NCBI GenBank assembly: GCA_017649925.1
Contig: JAGCFX010000056.1
Location: forward strand, 2,803-66,802
DNA: 64,000 nt
Reading direction: 5' to 3'
Source of the DNA: Paludibacteraceae bacterium
Lineage (GTDB): Bacteria > Bacteroidota > Bacteroidia > Bacteroidales > Paludibacteraceae
This document shows, piece by piece, positions 9,526 to 18,620 of the stretch. A program made the position numbers and the translations under genes. Position 1 is the stretch's first letter, and each line of letters opens with the position of its first letter. Below the pieces are notes generated by a model. It worked only from the letters and a program-made list of their open reading frames with translations. It was not told the origin of the DNA and did not search any database.

Positions 9526-11375
9526 TCTTTGTTCTTTGTTCCATGCTCTTTTGGGGCTGTAGGGGCGACGAGATTATTTATCCGACGCTTGGAACGCATG
9601 TCACGGACGATGTGCGGCAGGGTGGGTTATATGTGCTCTGCGAAGGAAATATGGGGTCCAACAAAGCCCGTTTGGACTACATGAACTTGGAGTCCGGCAC
9701 GTATTATTCCAATTGGTACGGTTCACAAAACCCCAAGCAAGTGAAAGAACTCGGCGATGTGGGGAATGATATTCAGCAATATGGCAACCGTCTCTATGCG
9801 GTTATCAATTGCTCGCATAAGGTGGAAGTAATGGATCTCAAATCGCGGCATATCGGACAGATAGACATCCCAAATTGTCGTTATATGGCGTTTAAAGACG
9901 ATAAAATGTACGTCAGCGCATATGTGGGCAGTGTGGCTAATCCGGAACTCTTAGGCGCTGTATATGAGGTAGATACGGCTTCGCTAACTATTACTCGTGA
10001 AGTAAAAGTGGGACATCAGCCGGATGAGTTATGTATTGTGGACGATCAACTCTTTGTATGCAATTCCGGAGGCTATCTCACCAACCAATATGACTCTACG
10101 CTCTCTGTAATTGACCTTGCTACTTTTACGGAGATCCAAAAGGTTACCGTCGGCCTCAATCCTACGCGGGTACGTGTAGACAATCAGAAACATCTGTGGG
10201 TTTGTTGTCAGGGAAACTATGCGGATGCAAAGCCTATCGTACAAATCCTAGACCATACAACGGTTTTGAAGCGTATCTATGTGCCTTGCTCCAATATCTC
10301 TATTCAAGGAACGACGGCATATATTATTGATAATGAGTTCAATACCTTGCGTGCATTCTCTACGATAGATTTTACGGAGCAGTCGATAACGATTGATATC
10401 ACGAACTACGAACATCCGTACGGATTGTTGGCTACAGCTGATGCATTGTATATCACGGATGCCAAGAACTATGTCTCATCCGGCGTGTTGCATTGTTACA
10501 GTTATGACGGTCGTGAGCGCTGGAGTGCTATAACAGGCGATATCCCGGGGCATTTATGCCGCGTGACGCAGGCTTATGAACTATACTCAGATACTTCTGA
10601 AATCACTCCACAACAATCGCAATACATAAGCAAAGTTTATGAATACGTGCCTGCGACAGGTCAATTTGTCAATGAGTTGCCCAAATATGAGACGGGTGAC
10701 GACGAAGCCTCCATGTGCCGCAAATGCGAACAGGCGATCGCCAATAATGCCGGAGGTCTGGTCTCGTTAGGCGGGTGGGGCGGATATATCACATTCGGCT
10801 TTGACCATTCGGTGGAGAATAAAGAAGGTCGCGATATACAAATCCTTGGAAATGCGTTCTACATGAGCGGCTCAACGGAGTATGGAAGTTCAGAACCCGG
10901 TATTGTGCTCGTCAGTCGTGATGAGAATGGCAACGGCTTGCCGGACGACAAATGGTATGAACTGAAAGGCTGTTTGTATGATGACCCGCAGACGAAACAC
11001 AACGTCTCGATTACCTATACACGCGCCGGAGATACGATTCACAATCCCTTCCACCAGCATCTGTATTACCCGCAGTGGATAAAGGCTAACGAACTGACAT
11101 TCAGTGGTTCTATGCTACCATCGCAGTCGGTGACCATCAACGGGCAGAACGTCCAACGGATACTTGACTATGGCTACGTGGACAATAAACCCAACAACGA
11201 TATTGAGGGGACAAGTTTTGATATCTCGTGGGCGGTAGATACGGATGGAAAGCCGGTCAATCTGCCTATTGTTGATTTTGTACGCGTGTATAATGCTGTG
11301 CAGTCAACTACCGAACAAACAGGAGAAATAAGTACAGAAATAGCAGGCGCCAAAGACCTGCATAAAAATAACTAG
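9501..11375 (+). CDS. surface lipoprotein: BtuG-like beta-propeller fused to a ~250-aa C-terminal domain of unknown function
   Basis: Start moved to the ATG at 9501, giving MYPRLQILIFVLCSMLFWGC (signal plus lipobox). Repeated propeller-blade motifs (LYVLCEGNMG, NRLYAVIN, DKMYVSAY, DQLFVCNSGG, KHLWVCCQGN, ALYITDAKNY). Sits directly after the receptor gene with a 25-nt overlap. Confidence 0.6.
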   Translation: MYPRLQILIFVLCSMLFWGCRGDEIIYPTLGTHVTDDVRQGGLYVLCEGNMGSNKARLDYMNLESGTYYSNWYGSQNPKQVKELGDVGNDIQQYGNRLYAVINCSHKVEVMDLKSRHIGQIDIPNCRYMAFKDDKMYVSAYVGSVANPELLGAVYEVDTASLTITREVKVGHQPDELCIVDDQLFVCNSGGYLTNQYDSTLSVIDLATFTEIQKVTVGLNPTRVRVDNQKHLWVCCQGNYADAKPIVQILDHTTVLKRIYVPCSNISIQGTTAYIIDNEFNTLRAFSTIDFTEQSITIDITNYEHPYGLLATADALYITDAKNYVSSGVLHCYSYDGRERWSAITGDIPGHLCRVTQAYELYSDTSEITPQQSQYISKVYEYVPATGQFVNELPKYETGDDEASMCRKCEQAIANNAGGLVSLGGWGGYITFGFDHSVENKEGRDIQILGNAFYMSGSTEYGSSEPGIVLVSRDENGNGLPDDKWYELKGCLYDDPQTKHNVSITYTRAGDTIHNPFHQHLYYPQWIKANELTFSGSMLPSQSVTINGQNVQRILDYGYVDNKPNNDIEGTSFDISWAVDTDGKPVNLPIVDFVRVYNAVQSTTEQTGEISTEIAGAKDLHKNN

Positions 11376-11433
11376 TGCGTTTATCACACTTTTTAATTAA
11401 CATTTATTAACAAACAAAAAACAAACAAAACAA

Positions 11434-12141
11434 ATGAAAAAATCATTTCTTTTTGTAGCCGCATTGGCTTTGACTTTCGCGGCTTGTAAGCCCAACTACG
11501 ATGTTGAGGACAAGACAGTTGCTACGTTTGAAGAGGCTGCTATCAGCCCTGCAGCACCGGAGAGCGTTAACCATCTGGCTAAAACAGGCACGTTTACCAG
11601 TGGTAACTTTGAGTTCACACAAGAGGTAGCAGACTACGGTGAGTACGGTGTGTACTATTTTGGTAATGTTGTTTCCAACAAGACCGACAACACCTACAAG
11701 GATGACATGGACGGCGACAAATCCGTCAAGGGTGGTGCTATGGCAGGTAAGAACTTCCTCGTTTGGACCGTTTCTTACACCGGCGCAGACGGTATTAAAC
11801 TCAAACAAGCCGCTAAGGTGCCCGGTATGTACGTTTGCAACTCTGTTTATGCGTATGCATCGATGACCAAGGGTGACGCTTTTGCAGGAGATCCGTTTGG
11901 TGACGACGACTGGTTCCTGCTTACCATTACCGGTGCGCTGGAAGGTAAAGCCGTAAACAACCAAGTTCAGTTCTATTTGGCAAAAGGTAAAAACATTATC
12001 TCTGACTGGACGTATGTTGACCTGAGCACGCTGGGTAAGATTGACGAACTCCATTTCGCACTTACGGGAAGCCGTACGGGTGACTTCGGTCTGAATACTC
12101 CGGCTTACTTCTGCATTGACAACCTCGGTGCTAAGAAATAA
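11434..12141 (+). CDS. DUF4465-type surface lipoprotein (member of B12-locus accessory proteins)
   Basis: Lipobox LTFAAC. Blocks DDWFLLTITG, DWTYVDLSTLG and PAYFCIDNL match my recollection of DUF4465. Confidence 0.6.
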   Translation: MKKSFLFVAALALTFAACKPNYDVEDKTVATFEEAAISPAAPESVNHLAKTGTFTSGNFEFTQEVADYGEYGVYYFGNVVSNKTDNTYKDDMDGDKSVKGGAMAGKNFLVWTVSYTGADGIKLKQAAKVPGMYVCNSVYAYASMTKGDAFAGDPFGDDDWFLLTITGALEGKAVNNQVQFYLAKGKNIISDWTYVDLSTLGKIDELHFALTGSRTGDFGLNTPAYFCIDNLGAKK

Positions 12142-13170
12142 TTGATGAAACGGTTTTTACCGATAATAGGTATTGCTATTCTGCTCGCGGGCTGTGTCAA
12201 ACAGTCCGCAGAGCAGGGTAGTGTTCCCCTTGGGAACAAATATGCTACGGGCTTTCAAATCACCCCGACAGACACCGGTATTGTTGTAGAGGTCTTGCAG
12301 CCTTATCAACGCGTGTGCGTTAAGGAACCTATGCGTCGTCTCGGAACGATGAGTACGGTGCAGGTCGGTTTTCTCTATGCCATTGATGCGATGGACTGTC
12401 TGGTGGCTGTTTGCAATCCCGAACTCATCTATACGCCCGTTAAAGGCACAGAGGTTGACCTGGGCGATAGTATGAAGCCGAGTGCAGAAAGAACGCTACA
12501 GGCCGGGTTAGATGCGCTCCTGGCGGTCAATTACGGGCAGTATGACAATTTGGAGGCAGCACGCTTGGAGAAACTCGGCGTGATGACGATCTATATCAAC
12601 GAATGGCAGGAAGGTTCACCGCTCGCGCGTGCCGAATGGATAAGAGTCTTAGGCGCGCTGACGGGCAAACTGCATGAAGCGGACAGCGTCTTTAATGAGG
12701 TTGAGCAAAAGTATAAAAGTCTGTCAGTGAAACGGTCCGATAGCGCTCAACGCTCTATCATGTCAGGCAACAATTTCCGTGGCACATGGTATGTGCCGAG
12801 CGGCAAGAACTATCTGGCGTACCTTTTCAAAGATGCGGGCGCGGACTATCCGTTCTATGACAACGACCGCGAGACTTCTATTCCGCTGACTATCGAAGAG
12901 ACGCTTCGTTATTTCCACGAAGCCGATGTGTGGGTAGGAGCCGGAGGAAACAGCCTTGCCGAACTTGCGCAGATGGACGAGAAACACACGTGGTTCAAAG
13001 CATATCAGAACCACCGCGTCTATAACTGGCGCAAACAGATTAAAGAAGGCGGGGCAAATAATTTCTGGGAGCGTGGAGTCGTTCACCCCGAAGAAATGCT
13101 TGAGGACGTTGTTCATATCCTCAACAACGATCCGGATAGCTTATTGCATTTCGCGAGCCACCTCGAGTAG
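12142..13170 (+). CDS. ABC-transporter periplasmic binding protein, BtuF/siderophore-cobalamin class
   Basis: Lipobox LLAGC and a type-III periplasmic-binding-protein-like sequence. TTG at 12142 or ATG at 12145. No cognate permease or ATPase genes follow. Confidence 0.7.
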   Translation: MMKRFLPIIGIAILLAGCVKQSAEQGSVPLGNKYATGFQITPTDTGIVVEVLQPYQRVCVKEPMRRLGTMSTVQVGFLYAIDAMDCLVAVCNPELIYTPVKGTEVDLGDSMKPSAERTLQAGLDALLAVNYGQYDNLEAARLEKLGVMTIYINEWQEGSPLARAEWIRVLGALTGKLHEADSVFNEVEQKYKSLSVKRSDSAQRSIMSGNNFRGTWYVPSGKNYLAYLFKDAGADYPFYDNDRETSIPLTIEETLRYFHEADVWVGAGGNSLAELAQMDEKHTWFKAYQNHRVYNWRKQIKEGGANNFWERGVVHPEEMLEDVVHILNNDPDSLLHFASHLE

Positions 13171-13335
13171 GCATGCTCTGCAAAGACAATCCCTATAATG
13201 CGTGCGCAGATAAGCGCGCGCATTTTTATTTAAGGTGATACCTGCACACTGGCAGATAGCGGGATTCTCGTGATGACAAATAAAAGGTGCGCCGCATCTC
13301 GGGCACACCTTTTCTATTCCTTGGGAGGTATTCAT
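13141..13335 (-). CDS. cysteine-rich CWC-family small protein
   Basis: 64 aa with CPRCGAPFIC...CQC...CLCRAC. The ATG overlaps the GH13 stop (ATGA). Confidence 0.65.
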   Translation of the reverse strand: MNTSQGIEKVCPRCGAPFICHHENPAICQCAGITLNKNARAYLRTHYRDCLCRACLLEVAREMQ

Positions 13336-15185
13336 TTCTTTTGCAGTTTCACTACAATCGTACTCAATGCAGGTGCTGCTACATCCAAGCGGCTCAGATC
13401 CACTTTCTCGCCGGTCAGCGGGTTGATGCCCACCGGATTATATTTGTCCAGTATCTCCGCGTAGTTCTCTGTCGGAGCCACACGCACTTCGTCAGACGCG
13501 TTAGCAAACACAAACACAGCCTCATCGTCATTATAGCGGAAGAACGCATAGGTGTTGTCGCGCGCGAGGAAATGCATCGTCTTGCCGAAATGCAGCACAG
13601 GCTCGCTCTTGCGCCATGTGAACAGTTTGCTCTGGAAATCGAACATATCCTGCATCTCCGGTGTTACCTCAGTGCCTTGCGGCAGCGGAGCGCGCAGATA
13701 GGAATGATTGCTCGGGTCATCGCTCTTCGAGGTCATGGCGTACTCGTCGCCATAGAGCACTTGCGGAATACCGCGCATGGTGGCCAGTAGCACATACGCC
13801 AGTTTGACGCGGCGCGGGTCTTTATCTTTCACCACATCGGTAATACGCGCCATGTCATGGTTGCCGAGGAAAGTCAGCAGCTTATTCACGTCTGCATAGA
13901 GATAGTCCATTGTCAGCGCATCGTAGACGCGGGTCAGACCATTGCCCCAACCTTTTCCGTCGTTCTCCAGCGCCTGACGGATGGCCTCTTCTGTCGGGAA
14001 ATCCATCACGGTAGGCAGGTTGCTGTCAAAGCCGTCGAAGTTCTTCACGCCGCTTTGCCAATAAGCTACTGCAGGTGCAGGACGCGTCCAGCACTCGCCA
14101 ACGATATTGAGGTTCGGATACTCTTTGCGGATAGCGGCAAGCCAATCGGCTCCCGGCTGTTTCTCGATGTAAGGGTAGGTATCTACGCGCAGACCGTCGA
14201 GGTCGGCATATTCCACCCACCATATTGCCCATTGCTGGAAGTACTTCAGCAAGTCGGGGTTCTCAAGGTTCATGTCCGGCATCGGGTGGTCAAACCAGCC
14301 GCGGTTACTAAGTTTGCGGTCGAAGTCCGAGGCGTTGATGTCGTAGTTAGCCGTGAAGCAGTTGTTGGTGTTGGTGAACTCCTCGAACTGGTTGATCCAG
14401 TCTTTGTAAGGAAGGTCAGCCATCCACCAGTGTGCTGCGCCGCAGTGGTTCGGCACCATGTCCATCAGTATCTTCAGCCCTTTGGCATGTGCCTGCTGCA
14501 CCATCTGTGCGTAGAGCGAGTTGCTGCCGTAACGCGGGTCGATATGATAATAGTCGGAGCAAGCGTAGCCGTGATAACTCCATGCCTCTTCGTCATCGCC
14601 CAGCAGCGGAGTCGGCCAGATAGCCGTGCAGCCTAACTTGGCAATATGGTCAAAGCTGTTGATGATACCTTGTATGTCGCCGCCCCAACGGCCGTTCACA
14701 TTACTCTTGTCTGCCGCCTCGCGGGTCTCTTTGGTGCTGTTGTTGCTCTCGTCGCCATCAACGAAACGGTCGCTCATGATGAGATAAACCACGTCCGATG
14801 CATCAAAACTGCTCCGCTCGCGACTTCCTGCGCGGCGCTCGGCGATAGAGTAGTCCCATGTGGCGCTCTTCTTGCCTTTCTTAAGCGTGATGCGGTAGGT
14901 GCCGGGTTGGAACACACCGAAGTCCACAAACAGGTAATTCGGGCTCTCCGCGTTATGTTGGGTGCGAGGCACGAGGCCATGACATGCGCCGCGCATTGCC
15001 TTGCCGTTGTTCAGTTGCTGCACGCTCACTTGGGCGTCACTCAAATCCTCGCCGTGAAACATGATCGTCAGCGGCATCTCCATGTTGGTCCACCAGCATA
15101 ACGGTTCCACGTGTTGAATTTTAGGTGCTGCAAAAGTCATCTGACTAATCAGCAGCACAACTGCAAAAAAGAATGTCTTTTTCAT
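13332..15185 (-). CDS. GH13 alpha-amylase family enzyme with cyclomaltodextrinase-type N-terminal domain
   Basis: Signal peptide. GH13 conserved regions (DMVPNHCG, GLRVDTYPY, IVGECW, FLGNHD). Confidence 0.9.
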   Translation of the reverse strand: MKKTFFFAVVLLISQMTFAAPKIQHVEPLCWWTNMEMPLTIMFHGEDLSDAQVSVQQLNNGKAMRGACHGLVPRTQHNAESPNYLFVDFGVFQPGTYRITLKKGKKSATWDYSIAERRAGSRERSSFDASDVVYLIMSDRFVDGDESNNSTKETREAADKSNVNGRWGGDIQGIINSFDHIAKLGCTAIWPTPLLGDDEEAWSYHGYACSDYYHIDPRYGSNSLYAQMVQQAHAKGLKILMDMVPNHCGAAHWWMADLPYKDWINQFEEFTNTNNCFTANYDINASDFDRKLSNRGWFDHPMPDMNLENPDLLKYFQQWAIWWVEYADLDGLRVDTYPYIEKQPGADWLAAIRKEYPNLNIVGECWTRPAPAVAYWQSGVKNFDGFDSNLPTVMDFPTEEAIRQALENDGKGWGNGLTRVYDALTMDYLYADVNKLLTFLGNHDMARITDVVKDKDPRRVKLAYVLLATMRGIPQVLYGDEYAMTSKSDDPSNHSYLRAPLPQGTEVTPEMQDMFDFQSKLFTWRKSEPVLHFGKTMHFLARDNTYAFFRYNDDEAVFVFANASDEVRVAPTENYAEILDKYNPVGINPLTGEKVDLSRLDVAAPALSTIVVKLQKK

Positions 15186-16507
15186 TTTATATCAGATATT
15201 AGAATGTCCTTCATCCGTTCGTTTTTGAGGTCTTTCACTTTCTTGTATCCCTCCCAGAACGCCTGCATATCTTCGCTCGGCGACTGCAGGAACAGTTCCG
15301 TACCTTGCGCCTCAATCCGTCCGATGACCATGCCCACGCTTATCTTATGCGTGTCGAGCGCCGGTTGGTAGGTCTTGTCCTCGTTGCCCTCCACAAACAC
15401 CTCGCGCAGCACTCCGGTCTCCACCATTCGGCCTAACAACTGATTGACTAAACGGATGGGCAGATGGTCGCGAATGGCTAATTCGTGCGCCGAAAGAGGT
15501 TCTTCGTCATTCTCAAACCGCCGAATTATAACCGACAGCAGGTATAGCATCACGAAGTCTTTGTAGCGCCGTGACATCTGGTTCAGGTCCTGCTCGTATT
15601 CAAACTCTTCGTTGTTCTGAATGGCGTAACTCATCTCCGCGCCGATGAGGATCAGCAGGCTCGTGTATTGCAACCACGTCATGAGGATAGGTACTGTTGC
15701 AAACGCACCGTACACGATACTCGTGCGGCTCAACGAAGCGATGATATAGACGGAGAGCATCTGCAGCAACTGGAAGAGCGAACCCATGATGATACCCGGG
15801 ATCAGGGCACTCATGAAGCGCACTTTGGTGTTCGGTATCGCTACGTACATCACCGTGAAGAGCAGCCAGCACATCACGAACTGCAGGAACTTCACGCCGC
15901 TCGTCTGCAGGAAATTGTGCACAGCCTCCACGTGAAGTGTGCTCTCCACGGCCGAGTGAACGAAGATGTTGATACCCGCCGAGCAAACGATCAGCACCGG
16001 AATAAGCACCACGATGGCGATATACGTCGTTGCCTGATGCAGTATCGAGCGTGACTTATGCACATTCCAGATGCGGTTAAACGCCGTCTCTACGGACTGG
16101 AAGAACGAATACACCGCCCAGAGGAGAATGAGAATACCGATACCGATGAATACGCCGCCTTGTGCCGTTTCCAGGTAACGCTGCACCATGGCCATGATGG
16201 TCGGCACCATGTTCGTCTCGCCGAGGAACGAAGCGTTCAGCTGCTGCTCTATCACGTCCGCTACGCCGAAGCCGTTCGCTACCGCCATCACCATCGCCAG
16301 TATCGGCACGATGGCAAAGATAAGAGAGTAGGTGAGGCTCTTGGCGGTATCGTTCAGGTTCTTGCTGCCGAAACCGCGCGCCACCAGCACTATCGTACGG
16401 ATGATTTGGTATCCCAGACGTTTGATGAAGCTGTCCAGCTCATTCGTCGTCACGCGCCACATATCATAGCGCACAAACTTGATAATATCGGAGAACTTTA
16501 CTTTCAT
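15182..16507 (-). CDS. YihY/BrkB family membrane protein with C-terminal winged-helix domain
   Basis: Multi-TM core plus a C-terminal wHTH-like region. Start placed at the ATG at 16507 (MKVKFSDIIKF), because the upstream TTG at 16540 would abut rnpB. Confidence 0.8.
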   Translation of the reverse strand: MKVKFSDIIKFVRYDMWRVTTNELDSFIKRLGYQIIRTIVLVARGFGSKNLNDTAKSLTYSLIFAIVPILAMVMAVANGFGVADVIEQQLNASFLGETNMVPTIMAMVQRYLETAQGGVFIGIGILILLWAVYSFFQSVETAFNRIWNVHKSRSILHQATTYIAIVVLIPVLIVCSAGINIFVHSAVESTLHVEAVHNFLQTSGVKFLQFVMCWLLFTVMYVAIPNTKVRFMSALIPGIIMGSLFQLLQMLSVYIIASLSRTSIVYGAFATVPILMTWLQYTSLLILIGAEMSYAIQNNEEFEYEQDLNQMSRRYKDFVMLYLLSVIIRRFENDEEPLSAHELAIRDHLPIRLVNQLLGRMVETGVLREVFVEGNEDKTYQPALDTHKISVGMVIGRIEAQGTELFLQSPSEDMQAFWEGYKKVKDLKNERMKDILISDIK

Positions 16508-16547
16508 GGTTGTTTTAGTTTTTCTTTTTATTTTTCCCAAAAGGGGG

Positions 16548-16799
16548 AAGCAGGTCTATAAGCCGGGTTCTGTACCCTTGCGGGCGTCTATCATTAATCT
16601 AACGCTTCCTACCCTCCGACTCGCACGAGCAGCGCTCAAACGTCGGTTTACTTGGAATTGCAGCCCACAGTGTGCTCGTTTCACATCACTCGTCTCTGTA
16701 GCAGGGACCAAACATTACTGCCTGACGGCCGTTAACCGTTGTGGTGCTCTGTGCTGCCCGGACTTTCCTCACCTTGCGGCGCGATAGACCGACCTACTT
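16548..16799 (-). ncRNA. rnpB: RNase P RNA (bacterial type A core), unusually compact (~252 nt)
   Basis: The minus strand reads GAGGAAAGTCCGGGC (P4 5' strand), ACGGTTAACGGCCGT (P8-like), CTACAGAGACGAG, GTGAAA, AGTAAAC, GGGTAGG, TTAGATTAATGA and ACAGAACCCGGCTTAT. P1 pairs AAGTAGGTC with GACCTGCTT. P2 pairs TCTATC with GATAGA. Confidence 0.8.
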
Positions 16800-16802
16800 A
16801 TG

Positions 16803-16873
16803 AGCGGCATATGGGAGTCGAACCCACCTCCTCAGCTTGGGAAGCTGATGCACTACCGATGTGCTAATGCCGC
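16803..16873 (-). tRNA. tRNA-Gly (anticodon CCC)
   Basis: 71-nt cloverleaf drawn by hand. Acceptor GCGGCAT/ATGCCGC, D stem GCAC/GTGC, anticodon stem TCAGC/GCTGA with loop TTCCCAA, and T arm GTGGG-TTCGACT-CCCAT. No encoded CCA. Confidence 0.85.
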
Positions 16874-16884
16874 AAAATCGACTG

Positions 16885-16892
16885 CAAAAGTA
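16885..16892 (-). promoter_or_regulatory. -7 promoter box TACTTTTG for the tRNA-Gly/rnpB transcript
   Basis: Matches the Bacteroidetes TAnnTTTG consensus, 12-19 nt upstream of the tRNA 5' end. Confidence 0.55.
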
Positions 16893-16996
16893 CTACAAAA
16901 AAATGACATATGCAAGGATTTGACGAAAAAAATTAAATAAGCCTGCTCTATTTAATTGTTTTTTTGAAAAAAGTCCCTGCTTGCACAATCGCACTT

Positions 16997-17029
16997 TTAT
17001 CGAGCGGTTATCGAGCCATTATCGAGTCT
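16997..17029. repeat. three tandem 11-nt repeats TTATCGAGnnn
   Basis: TTATCGAG occurs at 16997, 17008 and 17019, an exact 11-nt spacing. Confidence 0.8.
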
Positions 17030-17197
17030 TCGCCGTTCCATTTCCTTCCCGTTCTCAAAACCGCTGCAAAGATACTGCTTTTCTCGGACATACGCAATAC
17101 TTTGTCCCTCAACTCATACCATTTGTCCCGATAGTATTGCAGCACAACTCACATCCGTTACATTTGACTTTTTACTTTTCTTCTTTCTTCTAACTTT

Positions 17198-17322
17198 ATA
17201 AAAAAGGTAAAAAGTAAAAAGTATGGAATTATAATTGTACATCGCGCAGGTGGTGCGTGCGAGAACCAAATTGCACATGCAAAAATGAAATCGCATACAG
17301 TTTACTTTTTACCTTTTTTTAT
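17198..17322. repeat. near-perfect 21/22-bp inverted repeat flanking ~80 bp (MITE-like or long hairpin)
   Basis: Left arm ATAAAAAAGGTAAAAAGTAAA (17198-17218). Right arm TTTACTTTTTACCTTTTTTTAT (17301-17322). The only difference is one extra A/T. Confidence 0.75.
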
Positions 17323-17342
17323 TTTAGGTTACTTTGTAGCAT

Positions 17343-17364
17343 AAAAAAGCATCCCGTAGGATGC
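17343..17364 (-). terminator. intrinsic terminator after the 17370..18620 gene
   Basis: The minus strand reads GCATCC-TACG-GGATGC followed by TTTTTT. Confidence 0.75.
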
Positions 17365-17369
17365 CTTAA

Positions 17370-18620
17370 TTAATAGATCTCTACAATCTCGCGTTTGAGG
17401 CGCTTGGTAATCTGGCTCTTGGTCAGGGGTTTGACATCCTTGGTCTGCAAGCCCGTGACGCGTTGTGTAGCCTTGATATGCAGCGGTATCTCCGCTTTCT
17501 TGGAACCCAGGATATGCGCATTGCAGATCATGTTCTTCTCCAGCGTATAGACATGTCCGTCCTGCCGCTGATAGATGGTGTTGAGGTCGATGACGCCGTT
17601 CAGGTTCTTAAGACGGAATTTCTCAATCGACTGATCGTCCATATTGACCAGATTGAGCATCTGCAGTTGGTCGGCATTCAGCTTATAACCGAACGGGATC
17701 GTCACTTTGACTTCCGCATGCTCGGAGAAGCGTCTCACGGCATAGGTGCGCGAATCGACTATATAATGGCGCTTAAAGGTCATCTTGAAGCATCCCAGAT
17801 ACTTGCTCACGCTCTGCGTATGGGTCAGCACCGTCTCGCCTTCGTTCTCATTGCTCACCGTCCAATGCTTGGTGTCGGTCATGGCCTGCTCGAAGTCATA
17901 GCGCATGTTTCCCATGGAGAACAGGGCCTGATGCACCACCACGCCGCTATCCACGGCATTAGCAGCCTTGCGGATGAATTTCTCTTTCTGCTTCTTCTCG
18001 ATGCGCTCGATGGCATCACTTGCGAGGATAGAATCCGCCTGCGCGCGTTTCTGGGCATCAAAGAAGCGCTTGCAATAGCGTCCCTGGAACTGGACGGAGT
18101 CGCGACCTTCTTTCGCCATCTCCGGCAGCACGACGATATTAGCAATCATCTGCTCCATGCCCCACGTGGCCCCTTCGCTCAGCATCCGCACATCGCTCAC
18201 CACCTGATATTGGGCGTTGTTGTCCGGAAACTCTTCCTCCAGCTTCACATACACCGCGTGGAGTAGGGCAGCCATGGCTTTGCGTTTATTCTTCTGCTTG
18301 CTTGCTTTGGCCGCCACGACGGTCTCTTCGAGCGCTATAGGCTGCTCTTTGAGCACCAGTGGCGTGCGTTGCGTGGTCATGCGCGACAACTCCGCCAGCG
18401 AAACGGACAGTTTCTCATAGCCGATAAAACTGACAATCACGTTCGCATTGCTCGGCAGATCGGTCTCAAACGAGAAAAGACCACCGGTGTTGGTTGCCGT
18501 GCCTTGCTCCGGCTGCATCTCCGGATAAACGGTGGCATACGAGATCGGTTGCCCTTTCTCATCTACCACCTTTCCGGAATAGGTAGCCATCACGGCCAGT
18601 ATGATCAAAAGAAATCTCAT
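17370..18620 (-). CDS. carboxypeptidase-regulatory-like (CarboxypepD_reg) domain protein, function unknown
   Basis: N-terminal block SGKVVDEKGQPISYATVY...GLFSF...VSFIGYEKLSV is typical of the domain. The rest is unassigned. Confidence 0.6.
   Translation of the reverse strand: MRFLLIILAVMATYSGKVVDEKGQPISYATVYPEMQPEQGTATNTGGLFSFETDLPSNANVIVSFIGYEKLSVSLAELSRMTTQRTPLVLKEQPIALEETVVAAKASKQKNKRKAMAALLHAVYVKLEEEFPDNNAQYQVVSDVRMLSEGATWGMEQMIANIVVLPEMAKEGRDSVQFQGRYCKRFFDAQKRAQADSILASDAIERIEKKQKEKFIRKAANAVDSGVVVHQALFSMGNMRYDFEQAMTDTKHWTVSNENEGETVLTHTQSVSKYLGCFKMTFKRHYIVDSRTYAVRRFSEHAEVKVTIPFGYKLNADQLQMLNLVNMDDQSIEKFRLKNLNGVIDLNTIYQRQDGHVYTLEKNMICNAHILGSKKAEIPLHIKATQRVTGLQTKDVKPLTKSQITKRLKREIVEIY

Noticed and set aside
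15600-16561. Overlapping ORFs (15600-15986 -, 15668-16054 +, 16058-16561 +) inside the YihY gene.
   Set aside because: These are alternative frames of a membrane-protein gene, with His/Arg-rich nonsense translations. The YihY frame has coherent TM helices.
16981-17296. ORFs 16981-17193 (+) and 17114-17296 (-) in the tRNA-proximal intergenic region.
   Set aside because: Both are low-complexity translations that run through the inverted repeat and the 11-nt repeats. Neither has supporting start context.
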